Shown here: piece after piece, positions 1 through 15,627 of the stretch
How positions within the stretch are numbered: position 1 is the stretch's first letter
How the letters are laid out: every line of letters begins with the position of its first letter
NCBI GenBank assembly: GCA_041682035.1
Contig: JBFKKR010000001.1
Location: 2,792-66,791 of the forward strand
Direction of reading: 5' to 3'
Source of the DNA: Pseudomonadales bacterium
GTDB lineage: Bacteria; Pseudomonadota; Gammaproteobacteria; Pseudomonadales; JBFGWM01
DNA: 64,000 bases
Notes under the pieces: model-generated
Databases searched by the model: none
What the model was told of the DNA's origin: nothing
What the model saw: the letters and a program-made list of their open reading frames with translations, nothing else
Made by a program: the position numbers and the translations under genes

Positions 1-1
1 T

Positions 2-2218
2 GTCACCGCCACGCGGGCCAGTCTGGCCCGACAGGCCGTTGGTGTCGGTCCCGTAACCAAACCCGAACAGGGGCTGCCGGTTCTTTTTCGCGCCAGCCAC
101 CGCTTTCTCGTGGATCGACAGCGTCTCTGCCATGTCCTCGCGGAAGCCGCGGCTGGAGCCGTTGCTCGGGTACAACACACCGCCGGCACGCAGCAACCGT
201 GTCGCCTGGTCGATGGTGGTGCCCCCGAACGTGCCGTGCGTGGAGACGATGGGGTACGGCGGCTCCTGCGACTCGGTCAGCTCCAGGATCTGCGTCTTCA
301 TGCCCATCTCGGCATGATCCCAGTCGAAGATGAAACCCCGCGCCATGATCGCCTGGTAGGCGAACAGGCCGATCGGCGTCATCCAGCGCGCGTTGCACTG
401 CCGGTTGTTCTTCGACTGCGGATACTGGTCGAACGGCGGGTAATCCGAGAAACGATAGCCCTCGTACTCATTGGGAATCTCGCCCGACGGGTAACAGGGT
501 GTGGGCCCGCCCCAGCGCCCGTCCTGGCCCAGGGGATGGCAGTACGGCGGTGACAGGTAGCTCTGCGTGCTGCCGCCGCTGCTGCCCCAGAGGTAGCCGC
601 TGAAGCCCTCGGTCTCCCCCTCGATCGGGCAGTCATAGGTGGTCCACCACTCACCGGTCGGCGTCTCGGCCGCACCCGGGTTGTCGAACAGCGCGGCGAC
701 CTGCGAGGCGTCTCCGCCGGCGGCCAGCAGGTTGGTGGCGCGGGCAAGATCGCCGGAGGGAATCATGCCGGAGTTCTCGCGGTTGCCCAGGTTCAGGATG
801 AGGCCGTCGAAGATGCCGTTGCCACCGAACGCGTTGTCGAACTCGTGGATGGTGATGAGCTGGCGCACGCCCCAGCCCCAGGCCCGCTCCATCTGCTCGA
901 CGAGGCTCTCCGGGGTGCAGGTATAGGAATTCTCGCCCGGGGTGAAGTACATCGGCTCCTCGTGCGGCCCCTTGCGCTCCGGGTTCTGCGCGTAGTTGAC
1001 CTTGCAGTTGAACAGGTTGGAGATCTCGATGCCGAGGATGACCGCGATCTTGCCATCGGCGATCACCTCCCGCGCCTGGGCGGCGTTGTGCACGATGCGG
1101 AAGAAACCGGCACCGCGGCCACCGTACTGCGCATCGATGTAATCCATCATGCCGTACATGGTTCCGGCCTGGCGGCCGGCGTTGTTCATCGAATTGCAGT
1201 CGATATTCGGATTCCCGGAGATCTGGCGCTGCAGTTCACAGAGCGTCTCGTTATCGACGAGGTCGTTGACGATGACACGCAACCCGGCGGCCCAGCTGCG
1301 CTCCAGCCATTTCCAGTAGATCGCCTCGTGGGTGAGCATGTCGCGCGCCGGCCACTCGTTGAAGTGGGGGAAGCCGGCGGTGTCATGGCCGTCGGTGTCC
1401 GTGGCGAACAGGCCGCCGACGATGTCGCGGTAGCCATTCGGCCCGTGCCGCTCGCTGCAGTCGGACAGCGCATGCTCGACCCCGAACCTGTGGTAGGGAT
1501 AGCCATGCTGCAACCCGCCGAGGAACTCGGTCGCACTGATGTGCACGTGCGCATCGACGTGCCCGACCACGCTGCCGTCCGGTCGTGTGCCGCTGAAGGG
1601 CCTGCCACTGAAATTGCTCTCCGCCTCGGGGAAGTTGGCGCAGCCGCCTGCGGGCACGAAGCGGAACGCTTCCGCATTGCCGGTGACCGCGAGCCTGCCG
1701 TCGCCGACGGCCAGGAACTGCCCGGGCGCCTGGGTGGACTCGATGGTGAACGTCAGCGACTGGATTTCCGGATCGACGAAACCGGTGTATGCCTGCACCT
1801 GTTCCGGCGTCGGCTCACGGTGGTAGGCGGGCGTCGGCGGATACCCGGTGGTGTCGCCGGCCGCCTTGACCGTCCATTCCACCGAATCATCGGCTTCCGC
1901 CCGGCTGCGACCGGACAGGCTGCCACCGTCGTTGGCCAGGAGGCGGCCACCGGCGTCATGCAGCATGTACTTCCCGAGCGCGGTCGGCTTCAGGTAAAAC
2001 GGCGCCGCCGCAGCCACTTCGGCGGCATCGGCACGGTAGCCCGATGCCGCGTCGCCGACGTACTGCCCGCTCGCCTCCACGTACAGTGCCCAGCACTGGT
2101 TGGCCATGGCGTAGCGGGTGCGTGCCTCGCCATGCACGGCCCAGGCCGTCTGCGCCGTGCAGGTGAGCAGGGAAAGAAAGAGTGCGCCAGCCGGCGCGGC
2201 GATTCGGATGGGGTTCAT
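2..2218 (-). CDS. Secreted amidohydrolase-superfamily-like protein, N-terminal 739 codons (C-terminus runs off the left edge)
   Basis: Absent from the supplied ORF track. I checked every in-frame triplet on the minus strand: ATG at 2218-2216 and no stop codon down to position 2. The product starts MNPIRIAAPAGALFLSLLTCTAQTAWA (Sec-signal-like) and contains HVDAHVHIS (HxH metal motif). Codons end mostly in G/C, as in the other real genes. The overlapping listed ORFs translate to Arg/Pro/Ala-rich nonsense. Confidence 0.8.
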   Translation of the reverse strand, partial: MNPIRIAAPAGALFLSLLTCTAQTAWAVHGEARTRYAMANQCWALYVEASGQYVGDAASGYRADAAEVAAAAPFYLKPTALGKYMLHDAGGRLLANDGGSLSGRSRAEADDSVEWTVKAAGDTTGYPPTPAYHREPTPEQVQAYTGFVDPEIQSLTFTIESTQAPGQFLAVGDGRLAVTGNAEAFRFVPAGGCANFPEAESNFSGRPFSGTRPDGSVVGHVDAHVHISATEFLGGLQHGYPYHRFGVEHALSDCSERHGPNGYRDIVGGLFATDTDGHDTAGFPHFNEWPARDMLTHEAIYWKWLERSWAAGLRVIVNDLVDNETLCELQRQISGNPNIDCNSMNNAGRQAGTMYGMMDYIDAQYGGRGAGFFRIVHNAAQAREVIADGKIAVILGIEISNLFNCKVNYAQNPERKGPHEEPMYFTPGENSYTCTPESLVEQMERAWGWGVRQLITIHEFDNAFGGNGIFDGLILNLGNRENSGMIPSGDLARATNLLAAGGDASQVAALFDNPGAAETPTGEWWTTYDCPIEGETEGFSGYLWGSSGGSTQSYLSPPYCHPLGQDGRWGGPTPCYPSGEIPNEYEGYRFSDYPPFDQYPQSKNNRQCNARWMTPIGLFAYQAIMARGFIFDWDHAEMGMKTQILELTESQEPPYPIVSTHGTFGGTTIDQATRLLRAGGVLYPSNGSSRGFREDMAETLSIHEKAVAGAKKNRQPLFGFGYGTDTNGLSGQTGPRGGD

Positions 2219-2454
2219 GCTGTGGATTCCCGCTGTACTGCCCGGGCGGCCTGCGAGGGGGTGGGGCCCGGCTGATCCTGTGCCAATGCGGGTCCGCGCA
2301 CGAACCCGCCTGTTCGTAAAACAACCGCCATGCAGCGGCCATCGAACAAATTATGGCCCACGATGGACCTCGCCGCCCCGGCGGAAAGTTGGGTTCTGGC
2401 CGCCCGAATGACCGGAGAGCCTCTGAAACGCCTCCTTTTGTGCCCAAAAAGTGA

Positions 2455-4053
<1,599 letters not shown>

Positions 4054-4075
4054 GCCTGCAGGGAGGAATTCGATC

Positions 4076-4510
4076 ATGATGTCCAACCCCACCAACCGCC
4101 TGACGCAGGGCCAGTTCAGCTTCCTGCCGGACCTCACCGACGCGGAGATCAGCCTGCAGATCGAGTACGGGCTGGAAAAGGGCTATGCATGGAGCGTGGA
4201 GTACACCGACGATCCCCACCCGCGCAATACCTACTGGGAGATGTTCGGCAACCCGATGTTCGACCTGCGCGACGCCGCCGGCGTGCTGATGGAGGTGAAC
4301 AACTGCCGCAAGACGTTCCCGGACCATTACATCCGACTGATGGCATTCGACTCCACGCGCGGCATCGAGTCCATCGCCATGAGCTTCATCGTCAACCGGC
4401 CGGCGGCGGAACCGGGCTTCCACCTGCAGCGGCAGGAGATCGACGGCCGCCGCATGCGTTACACGACGCGCGGTTACGCGGCGGAGAAACCGGAAGGCTC
4501 GCGGTATTGA
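4076..4510 (+). CDS. cbbS: RuBisCO small subunit (red-type, with C-terminal extension)
   Basis: GGGAGGA lies 8 nt upstream of the ATG. The product is [22 protein letters not shown]...[11 protein letters not shown]. It starts 22 nt after the cbbL stop. Confidence 0.95.
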   Translation: MMSNPTNRLTQGQFSFLPDLTDAEISLQIEYGLEKGYAWSVEYTDDPHPRNTYWEMFGNPMFDLRDAAGVLMEVNNCRKTFPDHYIRLMAFDSTRGIESIAMSFIVNRPAAEPGFHLQRQEIDGRRMRYTTRGYAAEKPEGSRY

Positions 4511-4514
4511 GTGG

Positions 4515-4548
4515 CCGGCGCGCCGCCTGATTCTCGCGCGGTTTTTTT
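4515..4548 (+). terminator. Hairpin plus T7 tract after cbbS (possible partial terminator/attenuator within the cbb operon)
   Basis: CCGGCGCG...CGCGCGG stem with one bulge, followed by TTTTTTT (4542-4548). Confidence 0.5.
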
Positions 4549-4645
4549 GTAGGTAAGGCTTTCGCCTTACGCGCGCCAGCCTTTGCGCATGGTTGTAGGT
4601 AAGGCTTAAGCCTTACAGGCGCGCCGGACTGAAGTCTGGCCTACA
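4548..4645. repeat. Three REP-like hairpin elements; the last two are inverted and share a GGCGCGCC core (REPIN-like)
   Basis: TGTAGGTAAGGCTTTCGCCTTACGCGCGCC (4548-4577) and TGTAGGTAAGGCTTAAGCCTTACAGGCGCGCC (4594-4625) are in the forward orientation. The reverse complement of 4618-4645 reads TGTAGGCCAGACTTCAGTCCGGCGCGCC. Confidence 0.75.
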
Positions 4646-4679
4646 TTCTGATCCACAGGTTCAGGGGAACGGAAACCGT

Positions 4680-5600
4680 ATGACCGAACCACAGCCCATC
4701 AAGCCCGAAACCGTGGACCTGCAGCAACTGCTGCAGGAGTCCAACGTGAGCGAGGTGCTCAACCAGCTCGATGAGGAGCTGGTGGGCCTGGCGCCCGTAA
4801 AACGCCGCATCCGCGAGATCGCGGCGTTCCTGCTGGTGAGCAAGGCGCGGCAGCAGATGGGCCTGGAAGCGGACCCGCCGTCGCTGCACATGTGTTTCAC
4901 CGGCAACCCCGGCACCGGCAAGACCACCGTCGCCATGCGCATGGCGGAGATCCTGCACCGGCTCGGCTACGTGCGGAAGGGGCATGTCGTGGCGGTCACG
5001 CGCGACGACCTGGTCGGGCAGTACATCGGCCACACCGCGCCGAAGACCAAGGAGGTCCTGAAGAAGGCGATGGGCGGGGTACTGTTCATCGACGAGGCCT
5101 ATTACCTCTACCGGCCGGAGAACGAGCGCGATTACGGGCAGGAGGCGATCGAGATCCTGCTGCAGGTGATGGAGAACCAGCGCGACGACCTCGTGGTGAT
5201 CCTCGCCGGCTACGCCGACCGCATGGCGACATTCTTCTCCGCCAACCCCGGCATGGCCTCGCGCATCGCGCACAATCTCGACTTCCCGGACTACTCGCCG
5301 GACGAGCTGATGCAGATCACGAAGCTGATGCTGGAGCAGCAGCACTACCGGCTTTCCGGGGGCGCCGCCACCGCGATGCGCGAGTACATCGTCAAGCGCA
5401 TGCGGCAACCGAATTTCGCCAATGCCCGCTCCATCCGCAACGCCCTGGATCGTGCCAGGCTGCGGCACGCCAACCGCCTGTTCGAGCAGGCCGAGCAGGG
5501 CGTCCGGCTGGATGCGGACGCGCTCAGCGAACTGGGCGAGGCGGACCTGCGCGCATCGCGCGTCTTCAGCCAGGACACGGCAGAGCAGAACAATGAATAA
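4680..5600 (+). CDS. cbbX: CbbX, AAA+ red-type RuBisCO activase
   Basis: Walker [12 protein letters not shown] and Walker [12 protein letters not shown]. The gene follows cbbLS. Confidence 0.95.
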   Translation: MTEPQPIKPETVDLQQLLQESNVSEVLNQLDEELVGLAPVKRRIREIAAFLLVSKARQQMGLEADPPSLHMCFTGNPGTGKTTVAMRMAEILHRLGYVRKGHVVAVTRDDLVGQYIGHTAPKTKEVLKKAMGGVLFIDEAYYLYRPENERDYGQEAIEILLQVMENQRDDLVVILAGYADRMATFFSANPGMASRIAHNLDFPDYSPDELMQITKLMLEQQHYRLSGGAATAMREYIVKRMRQPNFANARSIRNALDRARLRHANRLFEQAEQGVRLDADALSELGEADLRASRVFSQDTAEQNNE

Positions 5601-5610
5601 GGAAATCTCC

Positions 5611-6690
5611 ATGAGCCTATACAGCGGCCGCACCACGCTTTCCAAGTTCGTGATCGAGCATCTCGGCGGCGGGTCGCGCCCGGACCAGCTGGCCTCCCTG
5701 CTCATCGACGTGGCCGCGGCCGTGAAGACCATCGCCGCGATCACCGGCAAGGGCGCGCTCGGCGGGCTGCATGCCTTCCTGGGCACCGAGAACGTGCACG
5801 GCGACGACCAGAAACGTCTCGATGTGATGGCCAACGCGATCTTCATCGATCACTGCAGCTGGGGCGGCCCGGTGGCCGGCATGCTCTCGGCGGAGAACGA
5901 GGAGCCGATTCCGGTGGCCGGCGACCTGATCCGCGGCCGTTACCTGCTGATGTTCGACCCGCTGGACGGCACCAACAACATCGAGCTGAACGCGTCGGTC
6001 GGCTCGATCTTCTCGGTGGTCGAATACACCGGCAGCGGGCGCCCGGAGAAAGCGGACTTCCTGCAGCCCGGCAACCGCCAGGTCGCCGCCGGCTACGCCA
6101 TCTTCGGGCCCGCCACCATGCTGGTGCTCACCGCCGGCCGCGGCACGCACGGATTCACGCTGGACCGCGAGGTCGGCAACTTCGTGCTGACCCATCCCGA
6201 CCTGCAGATCGCGCCGGAGACCAATGATCTCGCCATCAATTCCTGCAACGAAAGATTCTGGGAGGCGCCCATCCACCGCTACGTCAGCGAGTGCAAGGAG
6301 GGCAGCACCGGCATCCGCGGCAAGGATTTCAACATGCACTGGATCGCGTCCATGGTGGCGGACGTGCACCGCATCCTGATGCGTGGCGGCGTGTTCATGC
6401 ACCCGCGTGACGACCGTGGCGGACGGCACCAGGGACGCCAGCGTCACCTCTACGAGGCCAGCCCGATGGCATTCATCGTCGAGCAGGCCGGCGGCGCCGC
6501 CAGCACCGGCCGGCAGCGGCTGCTCGAGGTCACGCCGGGCGACCTGCACGACCCCATTCCCGTCATTCTCGGTTCCCGGCAGGAAATCGAGCGTATCGAG
6601 CAGTACCACGCCAGCTACGATGCGGGCTCGGACAAGCCGTTCCAGTCGCCCCTGTTCAACGAGCGGTCCCTCTACCGCGCGGACGCCTGA
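5611..6690 (+). CDS. fbp: Fructose-1,6-bisphosphatase class I (cbb-operon copy)
   Basis: Internal ATG 10 nt after the cbbX stop, preceded by AAGGA. Product MSLYSGRTTLSKFVIEH...FDPLDGTNNIE...YEASPMAFIVEQAGG. Confidence 0.93.
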   Translation: MSLYSGRTTLSKFVIEHLGGGSRPDQLASLLIDVAAAVKTIAAITGKGALGGLHAFLGTENVHGDDQKRLDVMANAIFIDHCSWGGPVAGMLSAENEEPIPVAGDLIRGRYLLMFDPLDGTNNIELNASVGSIFSVVEYTGSGRPEKADFLQPGNRQVAAGYAIFGPATMLVLTAGRGTHGFTLDREVGNFVLTHPDLQIAPETNDLAINSCNERFWEAPIHRYVSECKEGSTGIRGKDFNMHWIASMVADVHRILMRGGVFMHPRDDRGGRHQGRQRHLYEASPMAFIVEQAGGAASTGRQRLLEVTPGDLHDPIPVILGSRQEIERIEQYHASYDAGSDKPFQSPLFNERSLYRADA

Positions 6691-6734
6691 ACGCACTGAT
6701 CGCAACCGCCACGGCCCAGCCACGGAAAGACCCG

Positions 6735-7610
6735 ATGTCCACCAAGCACCCGATCATCGCCGTCACCGGTTCCTCCGGCGCCGGCACCTCCACCGTCATG
6801 CGCAGCTTCGAGCACATCTTCCGCCGCGAGGGCATCCGCGCCGGCATCATCGAGGGCGACGCGTATCATCGCTACGACCGCAACGCGATGCGCAAGGCCG
6901 TTGAGGACGCGATGCGCGCCGGTAATTTCCACCTCAGCCACTTCGGCCCGGAAACCAACCTGCTCGCGGAGCTGGAAGCAAGCTTCAGCACCTACGCGGA
7001 GACCGGCACCTGCCGGACCCGCACCTACCTGCACAATGCCGAGGAAGCCGAACCGTTCGGGCAGGAGCCCGGCACGTTCTCGCCCTGGCGGGAACTCGAG
7101 TCCGATACCGACCTGCTCTTCTACGAGGGGCTGCACGGCGCCTACGCCGACAGCGAGATCAACGTTGCCCGCCACGTCGACCTGATGATCGGCGTGGTGC
7201 CGATCATCAACCTGGAGTGGATCCAGAAGCTGCACCGGGACCAGAACATCCGCGGCTACTCGCAGGAGGCGGTGGTCGACACCATCCTGCGCCGCATGCC
7301 CGACTACGTGAACCACATGTGCCCGCAGTTCTCGCGCACGCACATCAATTTCCAGCGCGTGCCATCGGTCGACACGTCCAACCCGTTCATCGCCAAGGAT
7401 GTGCCGAACGCGGACGAGAGCATGGTCATCATCCGCTTCGCGAACCCGCGCGGCATCGACTTCCCCTACCTGCTGTCGATGCTGCAGAACTCCTGGATGA
7501 GCCGCCCGAACAACATCGTGATCCCGGGCGGCAAGATGGGCGTGGCGCTGCAGCTGATCCTGACGCCGATGATCCTGCGGCTGGTGGACCAGAAGAAACG
7601 CGCTGCATAA
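6735..7610 (+). CDS. prk: Phosphoribulokinase
   Basis: MSTKHPIIAVTGSSGAGTSTV P-loop. The length and sequence are typical of bacterial PRK, and it is the last gene of the cbb operon. Confidence 0.95.
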   Translation: MSTKHPIIAVTGSSGAGTSTVMRSFEHIFRREGIRAGIIEGDAYHRYDRNAMRKAVEDAMRAGNFHLSHFGPETNLLAELEASFSTYAETGTCRTRTYLHNAEEAEPFGQEPGTFSPWRELESDTDLLFYEGLHGAYADSEINVARHVDLMIGVVPIINLEWIQKLHRDQNIRGYSQEAVVDTILRRMPDYVNHMCPQFSRTHINFQRVPSVDTSNPFIAKDVPNADESMVIIRFANPRGIDFPYLLSMLQNSWMSRPNNIVIPGGKMGVALQLILTPMILRLVDQKKRAA

Positions 7611-7619
7611 CAGCAGGGC

Positions 7620-7681
7620 TGTAGGTCAGCCTTCAGGCTGACTCGGAAGCAGCCCCTTGTAAGGCTGAAGCCTTACCTACA
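7620..7681. repeat. REPIN-like inverted pair of REP hairpins after prk
   Basis: TGTAGGTCAGCCTTCAGGCTGAC (7620-7642) is paired with the reverse complement of 7659-7681, which reads TGTAGGTAAGGCTTCAGCCTTAC. Confidence 0.75.
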
Positions 7682-7705
7682 GCCGGTTCCCCCCCGGGAC
7701 AGGCT

Positions 7706-8434
7706 TCAGATCGCCAGCCTGCGCACCACCGGGTGGTCGTCGCCGGTCAGTTCCATGACGAAGTCGGACGGGTTCTCGCGGACACAGAAATCCATGTCTG
7801 CCTGGTCGAAGTCCGGCTGCGCCGGGTCGAGGAATTTCTGCGCCGCGGCCGAGGCGAGGATGTGATCCCGCATCCGTGCCGAGGCGTCCGCATCCTCCTG
7901 GCCACGGATCATGCTCTCGATGAAGCGCGCGCAGTGCATGTCCTCCTCGCCGCTCGGATGCGAACCAATGATGTTGATCCGCCGGATCCGCCCGGCGAGC
8001 ACCTCCTCGCGGACGTAATGCGCGGTGGCACGGGCGTTGGAGAAGCCCGTCACCACGACGCGGCCGACCCGCAGGGCGTTCAGCGCCGACGGCACGCCGT
8101 TGGTGGTGGTCAGGATGATGCTCTTCCCGGCCAGGTCCATCGCCGCCACCTCGGCCGGTGAATTCTGGATATCGAAACCCTCGATCTTCTTCGACTTGCG
8201 CTCCCCGGCCAGCACGTGATCGGGGTTCGCCGCCTTGGCGGCACGGGCCTCCTCGACCGACCGGTAGAGAAAGACCTGCTCGGCGCCACTGAGAAACGCG
8301 CAATGGCTCATGGTGAAGGCGCGGATCACGTCGATGGCGATGGACAGTGCATCGTCCAGCAGTTCCGGATCATGACCCTGGGCCACCCGGATCTCGATAT
8401 CGGGCGTGGTGAGGGGCTGGAACGGCGAATTCAT
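7706..8434 (-). CDS. 2-phosphosulfolactate phosphatase (ComB) family protein
   Basis: SIAIDVIRAFT...ILTTTNGV...VVTGFSNA pattern, and a length (242 aa) typical of the ComB family. Confidence 0.7.
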   Translation of the reverse strand: MNSPFQPLTTPDIEIRVAQGHDPELLDDALSIAIDVIRAFTMSHCAFLSGAEQVFLYRSVEEARAAKAANPDHVLAGERKSKKIEGFDIQNSPAEVAAMDLAGKSIILTTTNGVPSALNALRVGRVVVTGFSNARATAHYVREEVLAGRIRRINIIGSHPSGEEDMHCARFIESMIRGQEDADASARMRDHILASAAAQKFLDPAQPDFDQADMDFCVRENPSDFVMELTGDDHPVVRRLAI

Positions 8435-8557
8435 CGGCAGGCACCATCGTCTAAAAAGGCGCCAATCATAGACGTCCGGCGGTCGCCCGTGAACCCCGCA
8501 CGAGCTACCCGCCGGGAGCGGCTATCCTAGGGAGGATTCCAACCGTGTAGCCGCCCC

Positions 8558-10267
8558 ATGCCCGACCAAGCCGAGAAACGCCCGCTCTACATCCCCTTCG
8601 CCGGCCCCGCCCTGCTGGAGACGCCCCTGCTGAACAAGGGCAGCGCGTTCTCTGCCGAGGAGCGGCTGGCCTTCAACCTGGAAGGGCTGCTGCCGCACCG
8701 CATCGAGACCATCGAGGAGCAGGTCGCGCGCGTGTACCGGCAGTTCTGCGAGAAGACCACGGACATGGGCAAGCACGTCTTCCTGCGCAGCATCCAGGAC
8801 ATGAACGAGACCGCCTACTACCGGCTGATCAGCGAGCACCTGGCAGAGATGATGCCGATCATCTACACGCCGACGGTGGGCCAGGCCTGCCAGCAGTTCT
8901 CGCAGATCTACCGCCGCAAGCGCGGCCTGTTCATCTCCTACCCGGACCGCGACCGCATCGACGACATGCTGCAGAACGCCACCAAGCAGACCGTCAAGGT
9001 CATCGTCGTGACCGATGGCGAACGCATTCTCGGCCTCGGCGACCAGGGCATCGGCGGCATGGGCATTCCCATCGGCAAGCTGGCGCTCTATACCGCCTGT
9101 GGCGGCATCAGCCCCGCCTACACGCTGCCGGTGGTGCTGGACGTCGGCTGCAACAATCCGGAAGTGACGGAAGACCCGATGTACATGGGCTGGAACCATC
9201 CGCGCATCACCGGTGACGAGTACTACGCATTCGTCGACATGTTCATCCAGGCAGCGCTGCGCCGCTGGCCGGACGTACTGCTGCAGTTCGAGGATTTCGC
9301 GCAGGCCAACGCGACGCCGCTGCTGCGCCGCTACCAGGACAGGATGTGCTGTTTCAACGACGACATCCAGGGCACTGCCGCCGTCACGGTGGGCACGCTG
9401 CTGGCCGCCTGCAGGGCCAAGGGCGAGAAGCTCAAGGACCAGTCGGTGGCCTTCGTCGGCGCGGGCTCCGCAGGCTGCGGCATCGCCGAGCAGATCATCG
9501 CCGAGATGTGCAGCGAGGGCCTGCCCGAGAAGGAAGCGCGCGGTCGCATCTACATGGTGGACCGTCATGGCCTGCTGGTGGACGACATGCGTGGCCTGCT
9601 GGATTTCCAGTCTGTGCTTGCCCAGCCCGCGGCCAGGGTCCGCGCCTGGCCGCGCGGCGCCGACCAGGCCAGCGACAACCCGGGCATTCTCGAGGTCATC
9701 CAGCAGGCGCAGCCGACCGTACTGGTGGGCGTCTCGGGCCAGCCCGGCCTGTTCACGGAACGGGTCATCAAGACGATGCACGCGGGCACCGCCAGGCCCA
9801 TCGTGCTGCCGCTTTCCAACCCGACCTCGCGGGTGGAAGCCAAGCCCAAGGACATTCTCGGCTGGACCCAGGGCGCGGCCATCGTCGCCACCGGCAGCCC
9901 GTTCGACCCGGTCGCCGTGGAAGGCGAGGCACCGCGGGCGATCGCCCAGTGCAACAACAGCTACATCTTCCCGGGCATCGGCCTGGGCGTGCTGGCCGCG
10001 CGCGCCGGCCGCATCACCACCAACATGCTGATGGCCTCCAGCCGGGCGCTGGCCGAGTGTTCGCCGCTTGCCACCGGCGCGGGCACGGACCTGCTGCCGC
10101 CACTGGACGAGGTGCCCGCGGTGAGCCGCATGATCGCCCGCGCGGTGGCGCGCCAGGCCATTGCCGACGGCGTCGCCATGCAGATTCCCGAGGACGCGCT
10201 GGATGCCGCGGTGGAGCGCAATTTCTGGAAACCGGTGTACCGCAGCTACCGGCGCACCTCCTTCTGA
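8558..10267 (+). CDS. maeA: NAD-dependent malic enzyme
   Basis: [13 protein letters not shown]...[25 protein letters not shown]...[11 protein letters not shown]. 569 aa. Confidence 0.93.
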   Translation: MPDQAEKRPLYIPFAGPALLETPLLNKGSAFSAEERLAFNLEGLLPHRIETIEEQVARVYRQFCEKTTDMGKHVFLRSIQDMNETAYYRLISEHLAEMMPIIYTPTVGQACQQFSQIYRRKRGLFISYPDRDRIDDMLQNATKQTVKVIVVTDGERILGLGDQGIGGMGIPIGKLALYTACGGISPAYTLPVVLDVGCNNPEVTEDPMYMGWNHPRITGDEYYAFVDMFIQAALRRWPDVLLQFEDFAQANATPLLRRYQDRMCCFNDDIQGTAAVTVGTLLAACRAKGEKLKDQSVAFVGAGSAGCGIAEQIIAEMCSEGLPEKEARGRIYMVDRHGLLVDDMRGLLDFQSVLAQPAARVRAWPRGADQASDNPGILEVIQQAQPTVLVGVSGQPGLFTERVIKTMHAGTARPIVLPLSNPTSRVEAKPKDILGWTQGAAIVATGSPFDPVAVEGEAPRAIAQCNNSYIFPGIGLGVLAARAGRITTNMLMASSRALAECSPLATGAGTDLLPPLDEVPAVSRMIARAVARQAIADGVAMQIPEDALDAAVERNFWKPVYRSYRRTSF

Positions 10268-10450
10268 AGCGGTGCCCGGCAGGCGGGGCGGTGAACGGCG
10301 TGGCGCCAGGGCGTCAGCCAACATGATGAATATGCCTCTACGGATGCCTGTATTACACTTCATGGGGGCATGTTCGTGCACCAAATGAACGGCTCTGCCG
10401 TCTGGAACGTAAAATGCGCATCTCGAAATCCCTGGCTGGTCTGATCGGTA

Positions 10451-14464
<4,014 letters not shown>

Positions 14465-14491
14465 AGCGCCGAGCCGGCCTTAAAAATGCTT

Positions 14492-15487
14492 TCAGCGCGA
14501 TTCGCGGGGCGGGCTGAAAACCGGTTTCGGGGGAGCGGCGTTCCGCCGGTCCACGCCCAGGCGCCGGCCCGGTTCCGCCGGCACGCCCGCGGCGGCGCGC
14601 CGGTCTGCCTCGTGCCGCCGTTCGTCGTGCCGCCGTTCAGCGAAGGATTGCAGCCGGCAGTTGCACTGCAATCGCTTGTTGCAGGTCTCCAGCGGCAGCT
14701 TCGGCACCTCGAACTCCGAGAAACACAGGCCGTCCAGCGCCTGCGCGGCGCGGCAGCAACGCTCCGCTTGACCCGCCACGAGGATCACGTCACCGGCGGT
14801 TTCCGCCGCTGCCCCGACCGCGCCTGCGGTGTCCGCTTCCGTGGGCTGCGCCGGCCGCGAAACAGGGCGCCGGATGCTGTTGAAATCGAGGCTGATCGAG
14901 ACGTTGCCCTTGGCGGGAATGGCGGGCGCGATGCCGTTGCCGGCGAAATCCGCATCGCTGCGATCCGGGAACAGGATGCGAAGACGTTCCGGCACCGGCC
15001 CGGACCGGCACGAATCCAGCAGGTGATGGATGAAGAGGCTCTGCAGGAAGCTCTGGAACAGCCGCGCGGACTGCCCGGCCATGAGCTGCAGTCCGGCGAC
15101 CCAGTCCATCCCACGGCCCTGCTCGCGGCTCTTGCGCACCGAGCGGACCACGTAGTCCTGCGCAAACAGCGGGGCATCGTCCCCGGCATCGTGCGCCTCC
15201 AGCCGGACCTCCTCGCCCACCTGCAGGCGGATGGAAAGCAGCGCCCCGAAACCGGCGGCGCCGATATCGGCGATCGAGGCCCGGGTAGTGGCGTCGCTGC
15301 GCAACTGGGTACGCCGCAGGACGAAGTAGAGCGTGCGTGCGCGGCCGGGCCCGTCCACCACGTACAGGCTGGGAATCCGGGCGATGCGTACCTCGCTGCG
15401 GCGGAATTCCTGGAAGACCTCGTCCACTTCCGCCACGGGCGCCGGCCCGGAGGGCGTGGCAATGATGTTCCGGCGTCGTTCTTTCAA
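14492..15487 (-). CDS. PilZ-like (long-spacer subtype) protein with Cys-rich region and Arg-rich tail; start uncertain
   Basis: The minus frame has G/C-ending codons from about 15487 (TTG) down to the stop at 14492. Further upstream the third-position GC drops. Motifs are RRSEVR, then 39 residues, then DIGAAG, then [10 protein letters not shown]. Seven Cys lie in [34 protein letters not shown]. The tail is [11 protein letters not shown]...GVDRR. Confidence 0.6.
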   Translation of the reverse strand: MKERRRNIIATPSGPAPVAEVDEVFQEFRRSEVRIARIPSLYVVDGPGRARTLYFVLRRTQLRSDATTRASIADIGAAGFGALLSIRLQVGEEVRLEAHDAGDDAPLFAQDYVVRSVRKSREQGRGMDWVAGLQLMAGQSARLFQSFLQSLFIHHLLDSCRSGPVPERLRILFPDRSDADFAGNGIAPAIPAKGNVSISLDFNSIRRPVSRPAQPTEADTAGAVGAAAETAGDVILVAGQAERCCRAAQALDGLCFSEFEVPKLPLETCNKRLQCNCRLQSFAERRHDERRHEADRRAAAGVPAEPGRRLGVDRRNAAPPKPVFSPPRESR

Positions 15488-15627
15488 GGCGCGCAGCCAT
15501 GCGGGTTCACGAGAGTCCGAGTATACTTTCCCCCGCCGTCCTTTCGCGAATCCCGCAGCCGGTGCGATTGACGGGCGGTCGCGAATACCGGACGCTTGCG
15601 CCTTCGCCGCCGACTCCAGAGGTCCCC

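Noticed and set aside
15520-15527. Palindrome AGTATACT, giving TATACT -10-like hexamers on both strands between serC and the divergent PilZ-like gene.
   Set aside because: I found no convincing -35 element at 16-18 bp spacing on either strand. It is plausible as a shared divergent promoter core, but too weakly supported to annotate.
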